From: Nitrospinales bacterium
Lineage (GTDB): Bacteria > Nitrospinota > Nitrospinia > Nitrospinales > VA-1
Reading direction: 5' to 3'
DNA: 64,000 nucleotides
NCBI GenBank assembly: GCA_965262115.1
Contig: OZ253496.1
Span: 128,001 to 192,000 of the forward strand
Below the pieces are notes generated by a model. That model did no database searches, had not been told where the DNA came from, and worked only from the letters and a program-made list of their open reading frames with translations. Below, one piece after another: positions 41,098 to 50,962 of the stretch (position 1 is the stretch's first letter; the number at the start of each line of letters is the position of its first letter). Made by a program: the position numbers and the translations under genes.

Positions 41098-42011
41098 ACT
41101 CAATAATCCAAGCGTTGTTAATTGGTTTTCTGGCAACGATTGCGAATGTTCGTGCGAATGTGCAAACCTTCCTGATTTCCGTTATGACCATTGCTATTTC
41201 GATAGGAATTTTTGGGCTTTTCCTTATTATATTTTTTAACTTGAATGGATTTTTGGCGAGCTGGAATCAGCAGGTTCAATTAATCGTTTACTTGCAGGAC
41301 GATATATCACGCGCCCAAAAAGGGAATCTGGAAGACCTGTTTAAAACCAATTCAAGGGTTCAATCGACGGAAGAAGTTACCAAAGATCAGGCCTGGCAGG
41401 AATTCAGGCTCAGCCAAGCGGAGAAATCAGGTTTGGAGCTTGACCTGGGTTTTAATCCGCTACCCGGTTCTTACAGAGTTCGTTTTAAGATGTCTGATAA
41501 CCGCCTGTTGCATATCAGCAAATTTGCGGAAAAAATCCAGAGTGAGCCAGGTGTTGAATCCGTGGAATATGGCAAAATCTGGATCAGTCGTTTTGAAAAG
41601 TTTATAGTTTTCTGCCGCGTTTTTCTGATGGCGACAGGGGCTTTGCTAAGTTTTGGGTTGATACTGATTATTTCTAACACCATTCGACTTTCCATTTACT
41701 CCCGGCAGGATGAGATTGAATTGATGCTGTTAATCGGAGCGACTCCCCAGTTTGTCAAGATCCCTTTTTTGCTGGAAGGAATGTTGCAGGGCTTGTCAGG
41801 TTCCTTGCTTTCCCTGGGGTTGATGGGGATTATTTATTATTACTTAAGGAACGAATTCCAAACTTCCATAGAGTCCATTGCGAGGGGAATGGACTTTCAG
41901 TTTATCCCAGAGCCATTTCTGTTAATTCTTGTTGGATCGAGTGTGTTGATTGGATTGGTTGCCAGCTATATCTCGACCTATCAATATATGCAGGTTTTAA
42001 ATAGAAGATGA
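41094..42011 (+). CDS. ftsX: Cell division permease FtsX
   Basis: NPLP, SNTIRLSIYSRQDEI, GAT...PFLLEG. Confidence 0.93.
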   Translation: MNSIIQALLIGFLATIANVRANVQTFLISVMTIAISIGIFGLFLIIFFNLNGFLASWNQQVQLIVYLQDDISRAQKGNLEDLFKTNSRVQSTEEVTKDQAWQEFRLSQAEKSGLELDLGFNPLPGSYRVRFKMSDNRLLHISKFAEKIQSEPGVESVEYGKIWISRFEKFIVFCRVFLMATGALLSFGLILIISNTIRLSIYSRQDEIELMLLIGATPQFVKIPFLLEGMLQGLSGSLLSLGLMGIIYYYLRNEFQTSIESIARGMDFQFIPEPFLLILVGSSVLIGLVASYISTYQYMQVLNRR

Positions 42012-43192
42012 AGTATAGAGCCATATTTTTAGCGGGTTTTGTTTTAGCGGGTTTGCTTTTTGCATCAACCGGGGGGGCCGCGAAAAAAAGTGCCAAGGAG
42101 ATTAATGCGCTATTGCGGGATGAGCAGAAAGAATTAAGCCTTCTAAAGAAAAAAATAGCCAGTCAGGACAAACTCATTTCTTCAGCGGGGAAAAAAGAAG
42201 GGCAATTGCTAAGCAAACTAAGAAAGGTTGACAATCAAATAAAGTTGAAGGAGAGGGAGCTCAAGGTTTACCAGTGGAATTTTATGATTAACAAAAAGAA
42301 ACTTATTAAGCTTGAAGCAAGTCTTCAGACCAATAAGCAGAAGTTAAGGGCCCAAAAGCTGTTATTGGGAAAACGTTTTCGGCAGATTTATAAAGAAGGC
42401 CCTGTTTTTCCTCTTAAGGTGGCCTTCTCATCGGAAAATGCGAGCGACTTTTTGCAACGCCTCAAATATATGGAATTGATCGCCCGACATGATGCAAACC
42501 TGATGGCCGATTATATGAATCAGTTTGAGGGCATGAAAACCGAAAAACAATCTCTTCTGTCTGTCAGGGCGAAGCTGGTGCGGCTGGAGAAAGATGCTTT
42601 GGGCAAGCGGGAAGAGTTTGAAAATGCCAGGAAGGATAAAAAGAGATTTTTAAAGAAGATTAAGAAAAAGAAACGGTTTGGAATCCAAACCCGAAAAGAG
42701 CTTCAAAAAGCCTCTAATAATTTAAATGACCTGATTACAAAATTATTGTCGAAGCTGGTATCCGGTGAAGGCCTTGATATTGTGGATAAAAGGGGCAGGT
42801 TGACTCTGCCGGTGAAGGGCAAAATTCTCAATAAATTTGGCAGGCAGAAAGATAGGCAGTATGGTTCGTTCATTGTGCATAATGGCATTAACATTAAAAC
42901 CCCGACCGGTACACCGGTGCGCTCGGTTTTCAACGGTAAAGTTCTTTATACCGGAGAGCTTGAGGGTTATGGAAATCTGGTGATTATTGGGCATGGAAAG
43001 GATTATCATTCTCTTTACGGTCATTTGGACCGCATTGATGTCAAACCGAATCAAGTGATTCAGACCGGAGATATTATCGGTCGCAGTGGGGATACGGGGT
43101 CTCTGGTTGGGGAAACCCTTTATTTGGAAATGCGTAAAAAGGGAAAACCTATTGAGCCCGTCCGTTGGTTCAAGACGGCTCGTAGGGAATAG
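42008..43192 (+). CDS. envC: Murein hydrolase activator EnvC family (coiled coil plus M23 domain)
   Basis: Signal peptide, long coiled coil, HNGINI, YGNLVII, YGHL; follows ftsEX. Confidence 0.88.
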   Translation: MKYRAIFLAGFVLAGLLFASTGGAAKKSAKEINALLRDEQKELSLLKKKIASQDKLISSAGKKEGQLLSKLRKVDNQIKLKERELKVYQWNFMINKKKLIKLEASLQTNKQKLRAQKLLLGKRFRQIYKEGPVFPLKVAFSSENASDFLQRLKYMELIARHDANLMADYMNQFEGMKTEKQSLLSVRAKLVRLEKDALGKREEFENARKDKKRFLKKIKKKKRFGIQTRKELQKASNNLNDLITKLLSKLVSGEGLDIVDKRGRLTLPVKGKILNKFGRQKDRQYGSFIVHNGINIKTPTGTPVRSVFNGKVLYTGELEGYGNLVIIGHGKDYHSLYGHLDRIDVKPNQVIQTGDIIGRSGDTGSLVGETLYLEMRKKGKPIEPVRWFKTARRE

Positions 43193-43285
43193 TGGATCAT
43201 AACGCTAAAATACGCTTAGGTTATGAGTGCGTAGCGCCTATAATTGATATATAATTCCAATTTTATATCCTAGGGAGATAACACT

Positions 43286-44713
43286 TTGAATTTGTCACCG
43301 GCGGGTAAAGGAATAAAGGCTGGGTTGGCCCGGTTTCTGGTCATCGTTATATTGGGGATGTTCCAGACTCTTTATGCGGAGGAGAATGTTGAAGAACCCA
43401 AACCGGATACTTATAACAAGCTCAAGGTGTTTTCTGAGATACTTTCCCTGATTGAATCCAATTATGTTGAACCAGTGGGAAGCAACACTATGATCGAGGG
43501 AGCTATCAAGGGAATGGTTAAGTCCCTTGATCCTCACACTAACTATTTGCCTCCCGCGTCCTATAAAGAAATGCAGGTGGAAACTACCGGAAAATTCGGT
43601 GGACTGGGCATTGAGATCAGTATTCGCGATGGTGTGCTAACCGTTGTTTCTCCGATTGAAGAAACCCCGGCTTTTAGAGTGGGGATTAAATCGGGCGATA
43701 AAATTATAAAAATTGAAGACGAATCAACCCTTGATATGACTCTTCAGGACGCGGTCTCCCGGCTCAGGGGTGAAACCGGATCTCCTGTGACCATCACGAT
43801 TTTCAGGGAATCCTTCAAGGCTCCAAAAGAATTCACCATTGTCCGGGATATTATTAAAGTCCGGAGTGTTGTTAAAAAACTTTATAAGAAGGACATTGGT
43901 TATATCAAAATCCGCAGTTTTTCAAAGAATACTAGTACGGATCTGGATAAAGCCCTCGCTGACCTCGGCAAAGAAGGGATCACCAAATTGATCCTTGATC
44001 TCAGGAACAATCCTGGTGGGCTGTTGAATCAGGCTGTTGAAGTGACGGATCGATTTTTGAACCGTGAAAACCTGATTGTCTATACCAAAGGACGCTCGGA
44101 CGAACAAAATATGCGTTTCACGAGCCATGATAAGGTAGCGGGTGTTACTTATCCCTTGATCATTATGGTTAATGGAGGAAGCGCAAGCGCCTCGGAAATC
44201 GTGGCGGGCGCTTTGCAGGATTTAAACCGGGCCGTTATTCTGGGCACGCAAACTTTTGGCAAAGGATCCGTTCAAACCATCATACCGCTAAGCGATGGGT
44301 CTGCCTTGCGATTAACGACGGCCCGTTACTACACTCCCAGTGGCCGGGTGATTCAGGAAAATGGCATTGAGCCTGATATCATTGTTGAAAGAACACCTGT
44401 CGAGGATTTGGATGAAGAGGATGGAAAGAAAACGGAGCCGAAAGAAAAAACCCGACTTCGAAGATTTTTGCGTGAAAAGGATTTAAAGAAACATTTGAAG
44501 GGTAAGAGCAGTATTGGTGATGTCGAAGAAGAAAGTGAAGTAGAAAGTGTCGACAAGGATGAAGAAACTGCCTCCATCCATGAAGACCTGCTAAAGGACA
44601 ACCAACTTGAACAGGCCGTTTCCCTGCTTTCGGGCTGGGAGGTTATGAAGAAGATGTTTAAAAATTTGCAGGTCCCCACTCCGGACTCTGATAGCCGAAT
44701 CAGCATGAATTAA
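43286..44713 (+). CDS. ctpA: Carboxyl-terminal processing protease (S41)
   Basis: LDPH, PDZ GLGI, DLRNNPGG, SASASE, FGKGSVQ. Confidence 0.93.
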   Translation: MNLSPAGKGIKAGLARFLVIVILGMFQTLYAEENVEEPKPDTYNKLKVFSEILSLIESNYVEPVGSNTMIEGAIKGMVKSLDPHTNYLPPASYKEMQVETTGKFGGLGIEISIRDGVLTVVSPIEETPAFRVGIKSGDKIIKIEDESTLDMTLQDAVSRLRGETGSPVTITIFRESFKAPKEFTIVRDIIKVRSVVKKLYKKDIGYIKIRSFSKNTSTDLDKALADLGKEGITKLILDLRNNPGGLLNQAVEVTDRFLNRENLIVYTKGRSDEQNMRFTSHDKVAGVTYPLIIMVNGGSASASEIVAGALQDLNRAVILGTQTFGKGSVQTIIPLSDGSALRLTTARYYTPSGRVIQENGIEPDIIVERTPVEDLDEEDGKKTEPKEKTRLRRFLREKDLKKHLKGKSSIGDVEEESEVESVDKDEETASIHEDLLKDNQLEQAVSLLSGWEVMKKMFKNLQVPTPDSDSRISMN

Positions 44714-44769
44714 GATTTGTTTCTTCCTCTGATTATTGGCAATTACATTTATAAATTCTCAGCCTGCCC

Positions 44770-45783
44770 ATGCTTGTTCTTGGTCTAGAAACTTCCTGCG
44801 ATGAAACTGCCGCCGCAGTCTTGAAAGACGGCGACACCCTATTGTCTAATATCATCAATGACCAGATTGGCGTTCACTCTCCATACGGAGGAATCGTCCC
44901 TGAGCTGGCGGGGCGGTCGCATAATGAACGGGTACACCGGGTTATTAAGGAAGCAGTGGCCGAGGCTCGAGTGCGGCTACGAGATATCGATCTCATCGCC
45001 GTCACGGTGGGGCCTGGGCTGATCGGCTCATTACTGGTTGGTTTGAACACTGCTAAAGGACTTTCATATGGCCTGAAAATTCCTATGATCGGGGTGAACC
45101 ATTTGGAAGGCCATCTTCTGGCCATCTTTCTGCAGAAAAAAATACAGTTTCCTTTCATTGCGCTGATTGTTTCCGGTGGACATACCGACCTGTACCGGGT
45201 TTCTGATTTTGGGCGATATAAACTGCTGGGGCGAACTCGTGATGATGCGGCGGGGGAGTCTTTTGATAAAGTAGGAAAAATGCTTGGGCTTCCGTATCCT
45301 GGGGGACCGGCCATTGAAAAGTTGGCGCGGAATGGAAATGGAAAGGCCCATAAATTTCCGCGAGCCTATCTTGAAAAAGGTTCTCTGGATTTTAGTTTCA
45401 GCGGCTTGAAAACATCGGTCCGAACTTTTTTGAACCAAAGAGAGAAGGACACCCGGTTAACCCTGACCGATGAAGATATTTCAGCGGGTTTTCAGGATGC
45501 GGTTCTTGATGTCCTGGTGGATAAACTTATCAGCGCTTGTAAGAAAGAGAATCTATCGCGTATCGTCGTGACCGGTGGGGTGGCCTCAAATGGTGCCTTA
45601 CGTGTGGCAGTAGGAAAAGCGGCTCAAGCTTATGGCTTTGAAGCTTCTTTTCCAGACCCAATATTTTGTACCGATAATGCTGCGATGATTGCTTGTGCCG
45701 GTCATTACAAGTTTGCCCGGAACCAAAGTCCGTCGACTGATTTTATGGGGTTGGATGCAAAAGCCAGTCTTTCGATAGAATAA
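44770..45783 (+). CDS. tsaD: tRNA N6-adenosine threonylcarbamoyltransferase
   Basis: ETSCDET, HLEGH, SGGHT, DDAAGE, TDNAAMI. Confidence 0.97.
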   Translation: MLVLGLETSCDETAAAVLKDGDTLLSNIINDQIGVHSPYGGIVPELAGRSHNERVHRVIKEAVAEARVRLRDIDLIAVTVGPGLIGSLLVGLNTAKGLSYGLKIPMIGVNHLEGHLLAIFLQKKIQFPFIALIVSGGHTDLYRVSDFGRYKLLGRTRDDAAGESFDKVGKMLGLPYPGGPAIEKLARNGNGKAHKFPRAYLEKGSLDFSFSGLKTSVRTFLNQREKDTRLTLTDEDISAGFQDAVLDVLVDKLISACKKENLSRIVVTGGVASNGALRVAVGKAAQAYGFEASFPDPIFCTDNAAMIACAGHYKFARNQSPSTDFMGLDAKASLSIE

Positions 45784-45806
45784 GCACGCGTCATAAAGGA
45801 AATAAC

Positions 45807-46802
45807 ATGTGGGCTCTGGTTACAGGCGGAGGCGGATTTCTTGGGAGCGGTATCGCCCAATCTCTCCACGAAAAAGAAAATGACGTTAAAGTTGTGGGTC
45901 GGTGTCATTATTCTCATCTTCCCAGAGCCATCAAATTATGCCAGGGCGATATTCGGGACCTTGATTTCCTCTGCAAGATGTTTTCGGGCGTGGAGGTTGT
46001 CTTCCACACTGCAGCTTTTCCCGGTATTTGGGGCCGGGCAGAGGACTTTTACAGCATCAATGTTGATGGAACCCGCAATGTGATCAAAGCCTGCCTGCTA
46101 AACGGGGTGCAAAAGCTGGTGTTCACCAGTTCTCCAAGTGTCATTTATGGAGACTCAAGTCTTGAAGGAGTGGATGAAACGGCTCCCTACCCAGAGAATT
46201 ATTTGTGTGAGTATTCCCGCACCAAGGCGATTGCCGAAAAACTCGTGACAGAAGCAAATGGTAAGGATTTGGCCACGGTATCCCTCCGGCCGCATCTTAT
46301 CTGGGGGCCGGGAGATCCACATTTGGTTCCTAGAATTTTAGCAAAAGCCGATAAGGGCCGATTAGTGCGAGTGGGGCCGGGAGAAAACAAAGTTGATATC
46401 ATTTATATCGACAATGCCGTATCTGCGCATCTTAAAGCTTGCGATGCGCTGGGGGTAGGAAAACCTCCCGCTGGTAAAGTTTATTTTATCAGCGATGGCG
46501 AACCGGTGAACTTGTGGAACTGGATCAATGAACTGCTAAAAAAAACAGGCAGGCTTCCTGCAACCCGGAGCATCTCCTACCAAACAGCATCAAAGCTGGG
46601 TTATTTGTTGGAGGGAATATACAATTTCTGGAGGATTAAAAAAGAACCTCCGATGACCCGGTTTCTGGCATCCCAGTTGGCGACCTCCCATTACTTTAAT
46701 ATTGCCCGTGCTAAAAATGATTTTGGATATGCGCCGGTGGTGAGTCCTGAGGAGGGAATGAGCCGACTCATTCAGTCTCTTTCGGCTCCCCAAGAATGTT
46801 GA
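45807..46802 (+). CDS. NAD-dependent epimerase/dehydratase (3-beta-HSD/OleD-like extended SDR)
   Basis: TGGGGFLG, FTSSPSV, YSRTK, LRPHLIWGPGD. Confidence 0.88.
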   Translation: MWALVTGGGGFLGSGIAQSLHEKENDVKVVGRCHYSHLPRAIKLCQGDIRDLDFLCKMFSGVEVVFHTAAFPGIWGRAEDFYSINVDGTRNVIKACLLNGVQKLVFTSSPSVIYGDSSLEGVDETAPYPENYLCEYSRTKAIAEKLVTEANGKDLATVSLRPHLIWGPGDPHLVPRILAKADKGRLVRVGPGENKVDIIYIDNAVSAHLKACDALGVGKPPAGKVYFISDGEPVNLWNWINELLKKTGRLPATRSISYQTASKLGYLLEGIYNFWRIKKEPPMTRFLASQLATSHYFNIARAKNDFGYAPVVSPEEGMSRLIQSLSAPQEC

Positions 46803-47538
46803 TGCGGTGGGCCATGCAGCCAGCTCCAAATCCGTTGTCGATATTAACGACGGCTATTCCCGTTGCGCAACTGTTTAGCATGGTAAGAAGAGCAGAAACG
46901 CCACCAAAAGACGTTCCATAACCGATACTGGTGGGTACTGCTATGATAGGTTTGTCCACAAGGCCACCGACCACACTTGCCAGTGCCCCTTCCATCCCTG
47001 CCACGACAACGACCACCCGCGCTTTCCTGATCTGCTCAAGGTTATTGAAGAGACGATGAATTCCTGCTACTCCCACATCAAAAAGGGTTTCTGTATCGCT
47101 TCCCAGTATTCGAGCTGTGACCGAAGCTTCTTCAGCGATGGGGATGTCTGAGGTCCCAGCGGTGATGATGGTTATCAAGCCGCTTTTTTTCTTGGACTTA
47201 ATTTTTTCAATAACCAGAGTCTGCGCTGTTTCATTGTATTCAGAAACTTTAGGCAGAAAAGATTTTAATTTGCGAAAGGTTTCTTTGGACAATTTGGTTG
47301 CCAGAATAGAATGACCCGCGCGATTCATGCTCTGAATAATCTTTTTTATTTGGGCCACGGTTTTGCCCTGACAGTAAATGACCTCGGGCATGCCGCTTCG
47401 GAGCTCGCGATGATGGTCGATCTTGGCGAATTCCAGGTCCTCAAAAGGCAGGATCTCAAGCTTTTTAATGGCCTGCTGGGGAGTTAATTTTTGCTTGTGC
47501 AAGTCATTCAATAATTTTTTTAAATCCTTTGGGTTCAT
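46768..47538 (-). CDS. larB: Nickel pincer cofactor biosynthesis protein LarB
   Basis: DHHR, AGTSD, DVGVAG, AGMEGAL, PTSIGYG, NIDNGFGA. Confidence 0.93.
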   Translation of the reverse strand: MNPKDLKKLLNDLHKQKLTPQQAIKKLEILPFEDLEFAKIDHHRELRSGMPEVIYCQGKTVAQIKKIIQSMNRAGHSILATKLSKETFRKLKSFLPKVSEYNETAQTLVIEKIKSKKKSGLITIITAGTSDIPIAEEASVTARILGSDTETLFDVGVAGIHRLFNNLEQIRKARVVVVVAGMEGALASVVGGLVDKPIIAVPTSIGYGTSFGGVSALLTMLNSCATGIAVVNIDNGFGAGCMAHRINILGEPKETE

Positions 47539-48554
47539 TCCAAACCCTTTATGCCGGCAAACTCGGTGGTTATTTCAACTTTCATCAAGTCCTCTAACGC
47601 CTGGCCAGGTGATTTGTTTTCGTGGAGGACGCGGTAGGTCTCTTCCATAATCGACGCTTGGACATTGAATTTCTTTATCAGGGAATGAGCCGATTTCACA
47701 GTCAAGACCCCCTCGGCGACCATTTTCATGTTTCCAGTAATTTCTTTCAGGGATTTTCCTTTCCCCAGTTGGATTCCCATCTGACGGTTGCGGCTCAAGT
47801 CTCCGGTGCAGGTGAGCACAAGATCTCCAAGACCCGTCAGTCCATAAAAGGTCTCCGGCTTGGCTCCGAGCTTCGTTCCAATCCGGCTGATTTCGACCAG
47901 TCCGCGGGTGATCAGAGCGGCCCGTGTGTTAAATCCCAAACCCAGTCCGTCACAAATTCCTGTAGCGATCGCGATGACATTTTTCAATGCACCGCCAATT
48001 TCGACCCCCACCAGATCGTCGTTGGCAAATACTTTCATTTTATCCGTAGTAAAAAGTTCCTGAACCTGTTTTGCCGTTTCCAGGTTTTCTGCCGAGGCCA
48101 ACAGGGCAGAAGGAACCCCTTCGGCGACCTCCTTGGCAAATGTGGGGCCGGAAATAGTGGCGGTAAAAATATTTTTACCCAAAATATCCTGAATAATCTG
48201 GTGGCTGGTAAAAAGGGTGTCATTTTCTAATCCCTTGCTGGCGCTGATGATTAGACAATCTTTTGCAATAAATGGTTTGATCTGGGACAGGGTCTGTCTG
48301 ATCACATGAGTAGGAACCACTAGCAGAATCAAGGACTGCCCTTCGGTGGCAGATTGTAAAGACAAAGTGGGATGAATATTTTCCGGCAACGAGTGTCCCG
48401 GTAAAAACCATGCATTTTCCCGGGTGCGGGTCATGGCATCACACAATTCTTTTTCATACACCCAAAGTGATATTTGGCGGAAATTGCTGGCCAAATGAAG
48501 GGCTAGTGCGGTTCCCCAACTCCCCGCACCAATGATGGAAATTTTTTCATGCAT
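47535..48554 (-). CDS. gpsA: NAD(P)H-dependent glycerol-3-phosphate dehydrogenase
   Basis: GAGSWGTA, SGPTFA, GGALKN, GDLVLTC, SRN. Start set to ATG 48554. Confidence 0.96.
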   Translation of the reverse strand: MHEKISIIGAGSWGTALALHLASNFRQISLWVYEKELCDAMTRTRENAWFLPGHSLPENIHPTLSLQSATEGQSLILLVVPTHVIRQTLSQIKPFIAKDCLIISASKGLENDTLFTSHQIIQDILGKNIFTATISGPTFAKEVAEGVPSALLASAENLETAKQVQELFTTDKMKVFANDDLVGVEIGGALKNVIAIATGICDGLGLGFNTRAALITRGLVEISRIGTKLGAKPETFYGLTGLGDLVLTCTGDLSRNRQMGIQLGKGKSLKEITGNMKMVAEGVLTVKSAHSLIKKFNVQASIMEETYRVLHENKSPGQALEDLMKVEITTEFAGIKGLE

Positions 48555-48719
48555 AATAGAGCCTTTTAGTAAGACGACCATTATAGCGAATTCAACTTTG
48601 TATTGCTTAGAGAAATGGCTTGTTTGGGGTTGGCCTTTGTGATTAAATAAAGTCATCAATAATAACCCAAGTTAACCGTTAATTTCTAAACATTTCCCTA
48701 TTACAGCAAGGTTCATCTC

Positions 48720-49388
48720 ATGGCCAAGCGTTTAAAAGTAAGCCGGAAACATTTGCTGAAGGATCCTGACCAATTTTTATCCGCTTCTGAGAAAGCCATG
48801 ATTTTCTTTATGGAGAATCGTGCTGCTGTTATTGGCGGGATCGTATCCATCATCGTGGCCGGTTCTTCTTTTTTAGGTTTTAAATATTATCAGGAAGCGC
48901 AGGCGATGAAGAATGAGGCGTTTTATTTTGAAATGGTGAAGCTTGTTGATAACGCCAGCACCCCCGCTTCTGAAGCGAAATTGATCTTGGAAAAAATAGG
49001 GGATGGCTTCCAAAAAGAACGGGCGTCGTTATTGTTGGGCGATATCCATTTTCAAAACCAGGAAAATGATAAAGCCGAGGAGCTTTATTCAACGGTGATG
49101 AGCAATTCTTCGAAGGGACAAATCAATCACCAATTGGCGCAGATAGGTTTGGCCCACAGCTATCAAGCCAAAAAAGATTATAAAAGGGCCATTAGTTTGT
49201 TTAAATCGGTTATCGAGGCCAATTCAAGTTTTCCTTTATTCCAGGTCTATTTGAGTCTCTCAAGATGCCATGAGTTGAATAACGATGTGTCCAATGCATT
49301 GCTGGTTTTAAGGGAAATGCGGATGAAATTTCCTGAGGGACCACAAGTGGATAAAATCGAGAGTCGCATCAAACAGCTTTCTGCCTGA
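48720..49388 (+). CDS. TPR membrane protein (YfgM-like)
   Basis: Basic N-terminus, one TM helix, TPR-like helices. Confidence 0.75.
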   Translation: MAKRLKVSRKHLLKDPDQFLSASEKAMIFFMENRAAVIGGIVSIIVAGSSFLGFKYYQEAQAMKNEAFYFEMVKLVDNASTPASEAKLILEKIGDGFQKERASLLLGDIHFQNQENDKAEELYSTVMSNSSKGQINHQLAQIGLAHSYQAKKDYKRAISLFKSVIEANSSFPLFQVYLSLSRCHELNNDVSNALLVLREMRMKFPEGPQVDKIESRIKQLSA

Positions 49389-49398
49389 TTGTCTAGCG

Positions 49399-49597
49399 GC
49401 CCACTAGCCGTGGGGACAATGAGCAAGAATTTGTTAGGCCCGGAAGAACAGCTCCGGATGGTAAAAAGCTATTGCCAGTCGCCAGCGGAGGTTCTCCGCC
49501 TCTTCGCCAGAGCGGCGGCATGCAATAGCTCGTTGAGCCGAGTAGCCCTTTATTGGCAAGGAAAAGACATTGCTCATTACCTGCGTAGGTTCTTCGC
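49399..49597. repeat. Mosaic palindromic intergenic repeat
   Basis: Arms CCCACTAGCC..GGGGACAATGAGCAA and AAAAGACATTGCTCATTAC..GCGTAGGTTCT, shared with 61655-61680, 62934-62970 and 146-249. Confidence 0.7.
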
Positions 49598-49604
49598 TAC
49601 TTTT

Positions 49605-50687
49605 ATGCCGAAAATATCTAAAAACTTAATATCTATCCTCCTGCCACTTCTGACTCTCCTTGTTTTATTTTATCCGGTTGATACTCATTCCGTACCCTTC
49701 ATTTCCCATGAAACAGAACTGGCTATGGGCAAGGGTGCCGATCAGCAAATCATCCAGCAATACGGGATCTATCAGGATAAAGAACTCCAGCTATACGTTA
49801 ATGGAATTGGTCAGAATCTCGTCTCCCAACTTTCTGATAAAGTTTTTTCACGTTTTTATTTTCGCATTGTAGACAGTTCGGATATCAATGCGTTCGCCTT
49901 GCCCGGTGGCTATGTCTATGTGACTCTTGGCCTCATGGCTATGGTGAATAGTGAGGCGGAACTTGCAGGAATTTTAGGTCATGAAATCGGGCATATTATA
50001 TTCCACCACGGTGCAAAGCAGATGGTGCGTAGTATAGGCGCGCAGATTTTGGCCCTGGGAGGAGCTATTGCAAGCCCGAAGAATGCAGGGCAATGGTTGA
50101 CTGTCAGTACCGCCATGTTCCAGCAGATCAACATGGGCTATGGCCGGGATGCAGAAATTGAGTCGGACGAGCAGGGGATATTGAACAGTAAGGAAGCGGG
50201 GTACAGTCCATTTGGGATGGCCGGATTTCTAAAAAGCCTGCGACGAAAGGAAATCATGTCGGGCCAATCCTATCACTCTTTTCAAGCGACCCATCCGGAC
50301 ACCCGGGAGCGGATTGTCAAAGCCGGTCTTCTAGCAGGGCGCATGACCGACGAGCCGGAAAGTGTGAACAGTTACCGGGAGCGGTATTTAAACCGAATTC
50401 GCGGTTTGAAATATGAAGGACAAAAACACGGTAAGGATAGAAAACGCCACAAGGACCAGTTTATTGATATCTATGAAGTGCAAAAAGGGGATACATTCCA
50501 GAGTATTGCGGAAAAAGAGTTGGGGGACAAGCGTAAGGATCTGGATATATCTGTCATGAACGGGCGAAAAGAATCCAGCCAACCCAAACCTGGCGAGTTG
50601 TTGAAGATAGTGCGCAACGGAAAATTTAAAAAAGATAAAATCCTCCTAATCAAGCCTGAATTCGAGCAGACTCCGAATCTAAAATAA
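49605..50687 (+). CDS. M48 metallopeptidase with C-terminal LysM domain
   Basis: INAFALPGG, HEIGH, ESD, THP, YEVQKGDT. Start set to ATG 49605 because the upstream extension is repeat DNA. Confidence 0.9.
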   Translation: MPKISKNLISILLPLLTLLVLFYPVDTHSVPFISHETELAMGKGADQQIIQQYGIYQDKELQLYVNGIGQNLVSQLSDKVFSRFYFRIVDSSDINAFALPGGYVYVTLGLMAMVNSEAELAGILGHEIGHIIFHHGAKQMVRSIGAQILALGGAIASPKNAGQWLTVSTAMFQQINMGYGRDAEIESDEQGILNSKEAGYSPFGMAGFLKSLRRKEIMSGQSYHSFQATHPDTRERIVKAGLLAGRMTDEPESVNSYRERYLNRIRGLKYEGQKHGKDRKRHKDQFIDIYEVQKGDTFQSIAEKELGDKRKDLDISVMNGRKESSQPKPGELLKIVRNGKFKKDKILLIKPEFEQTPNLK

Positions 50688-50688
50688 A

Positions 50689-50874
50689 TTGGAAGAGTTG
50701 TTACTGGATAAATCGCATACCGTACACCTGAAACCTGAAGGTGAAATATGCAACCGGCTCAAGCAGGGAACCAGTGTCAAGATTGTGAAAAGGAAAGATG
50801 ACTGGGTTCACATCACCTGGCGCAGTGGTAAAAAGAAGGGATGGATAAATTATCCGCCGACCATAAAAGTCTGA
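50689..50874 (+). CDS. Small SH3-like domain protein
   Basis: L.QGT.V.I...DDW......KKGWI pattern. Confidence 0.55.
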   Translation: MEELLLDKSHTVHLKPEGEICNRLKQGTSVKIVKRKDDWVHITWRSGKKKGWINYPPTIKV

Positions 50875-50906
50875 ATAAAATTATAGTTTTTCTAAAATTG
50901 TCCAAT

Positions 50907-50944
50907 AAAAAACCCCGGACGGCTTTAGGTTGCCCGGGGTTTTT
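50907..50944. terminator. Bidirectional intrinsic terminator
   Basis: AAAAAACCCCGG...CCGGGGTTTTT between convergent genes. Confidence 0.75.
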
Positions 50945-50962
50945 ATATTTATGCTTCTAATT

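Noticed and set aside
49389..49604. 72-aa N-terminal extension of the M48 peptidase
   Set aside because: It is encoded by repeat DNA, and the signal-like segment starts at Met 49605.
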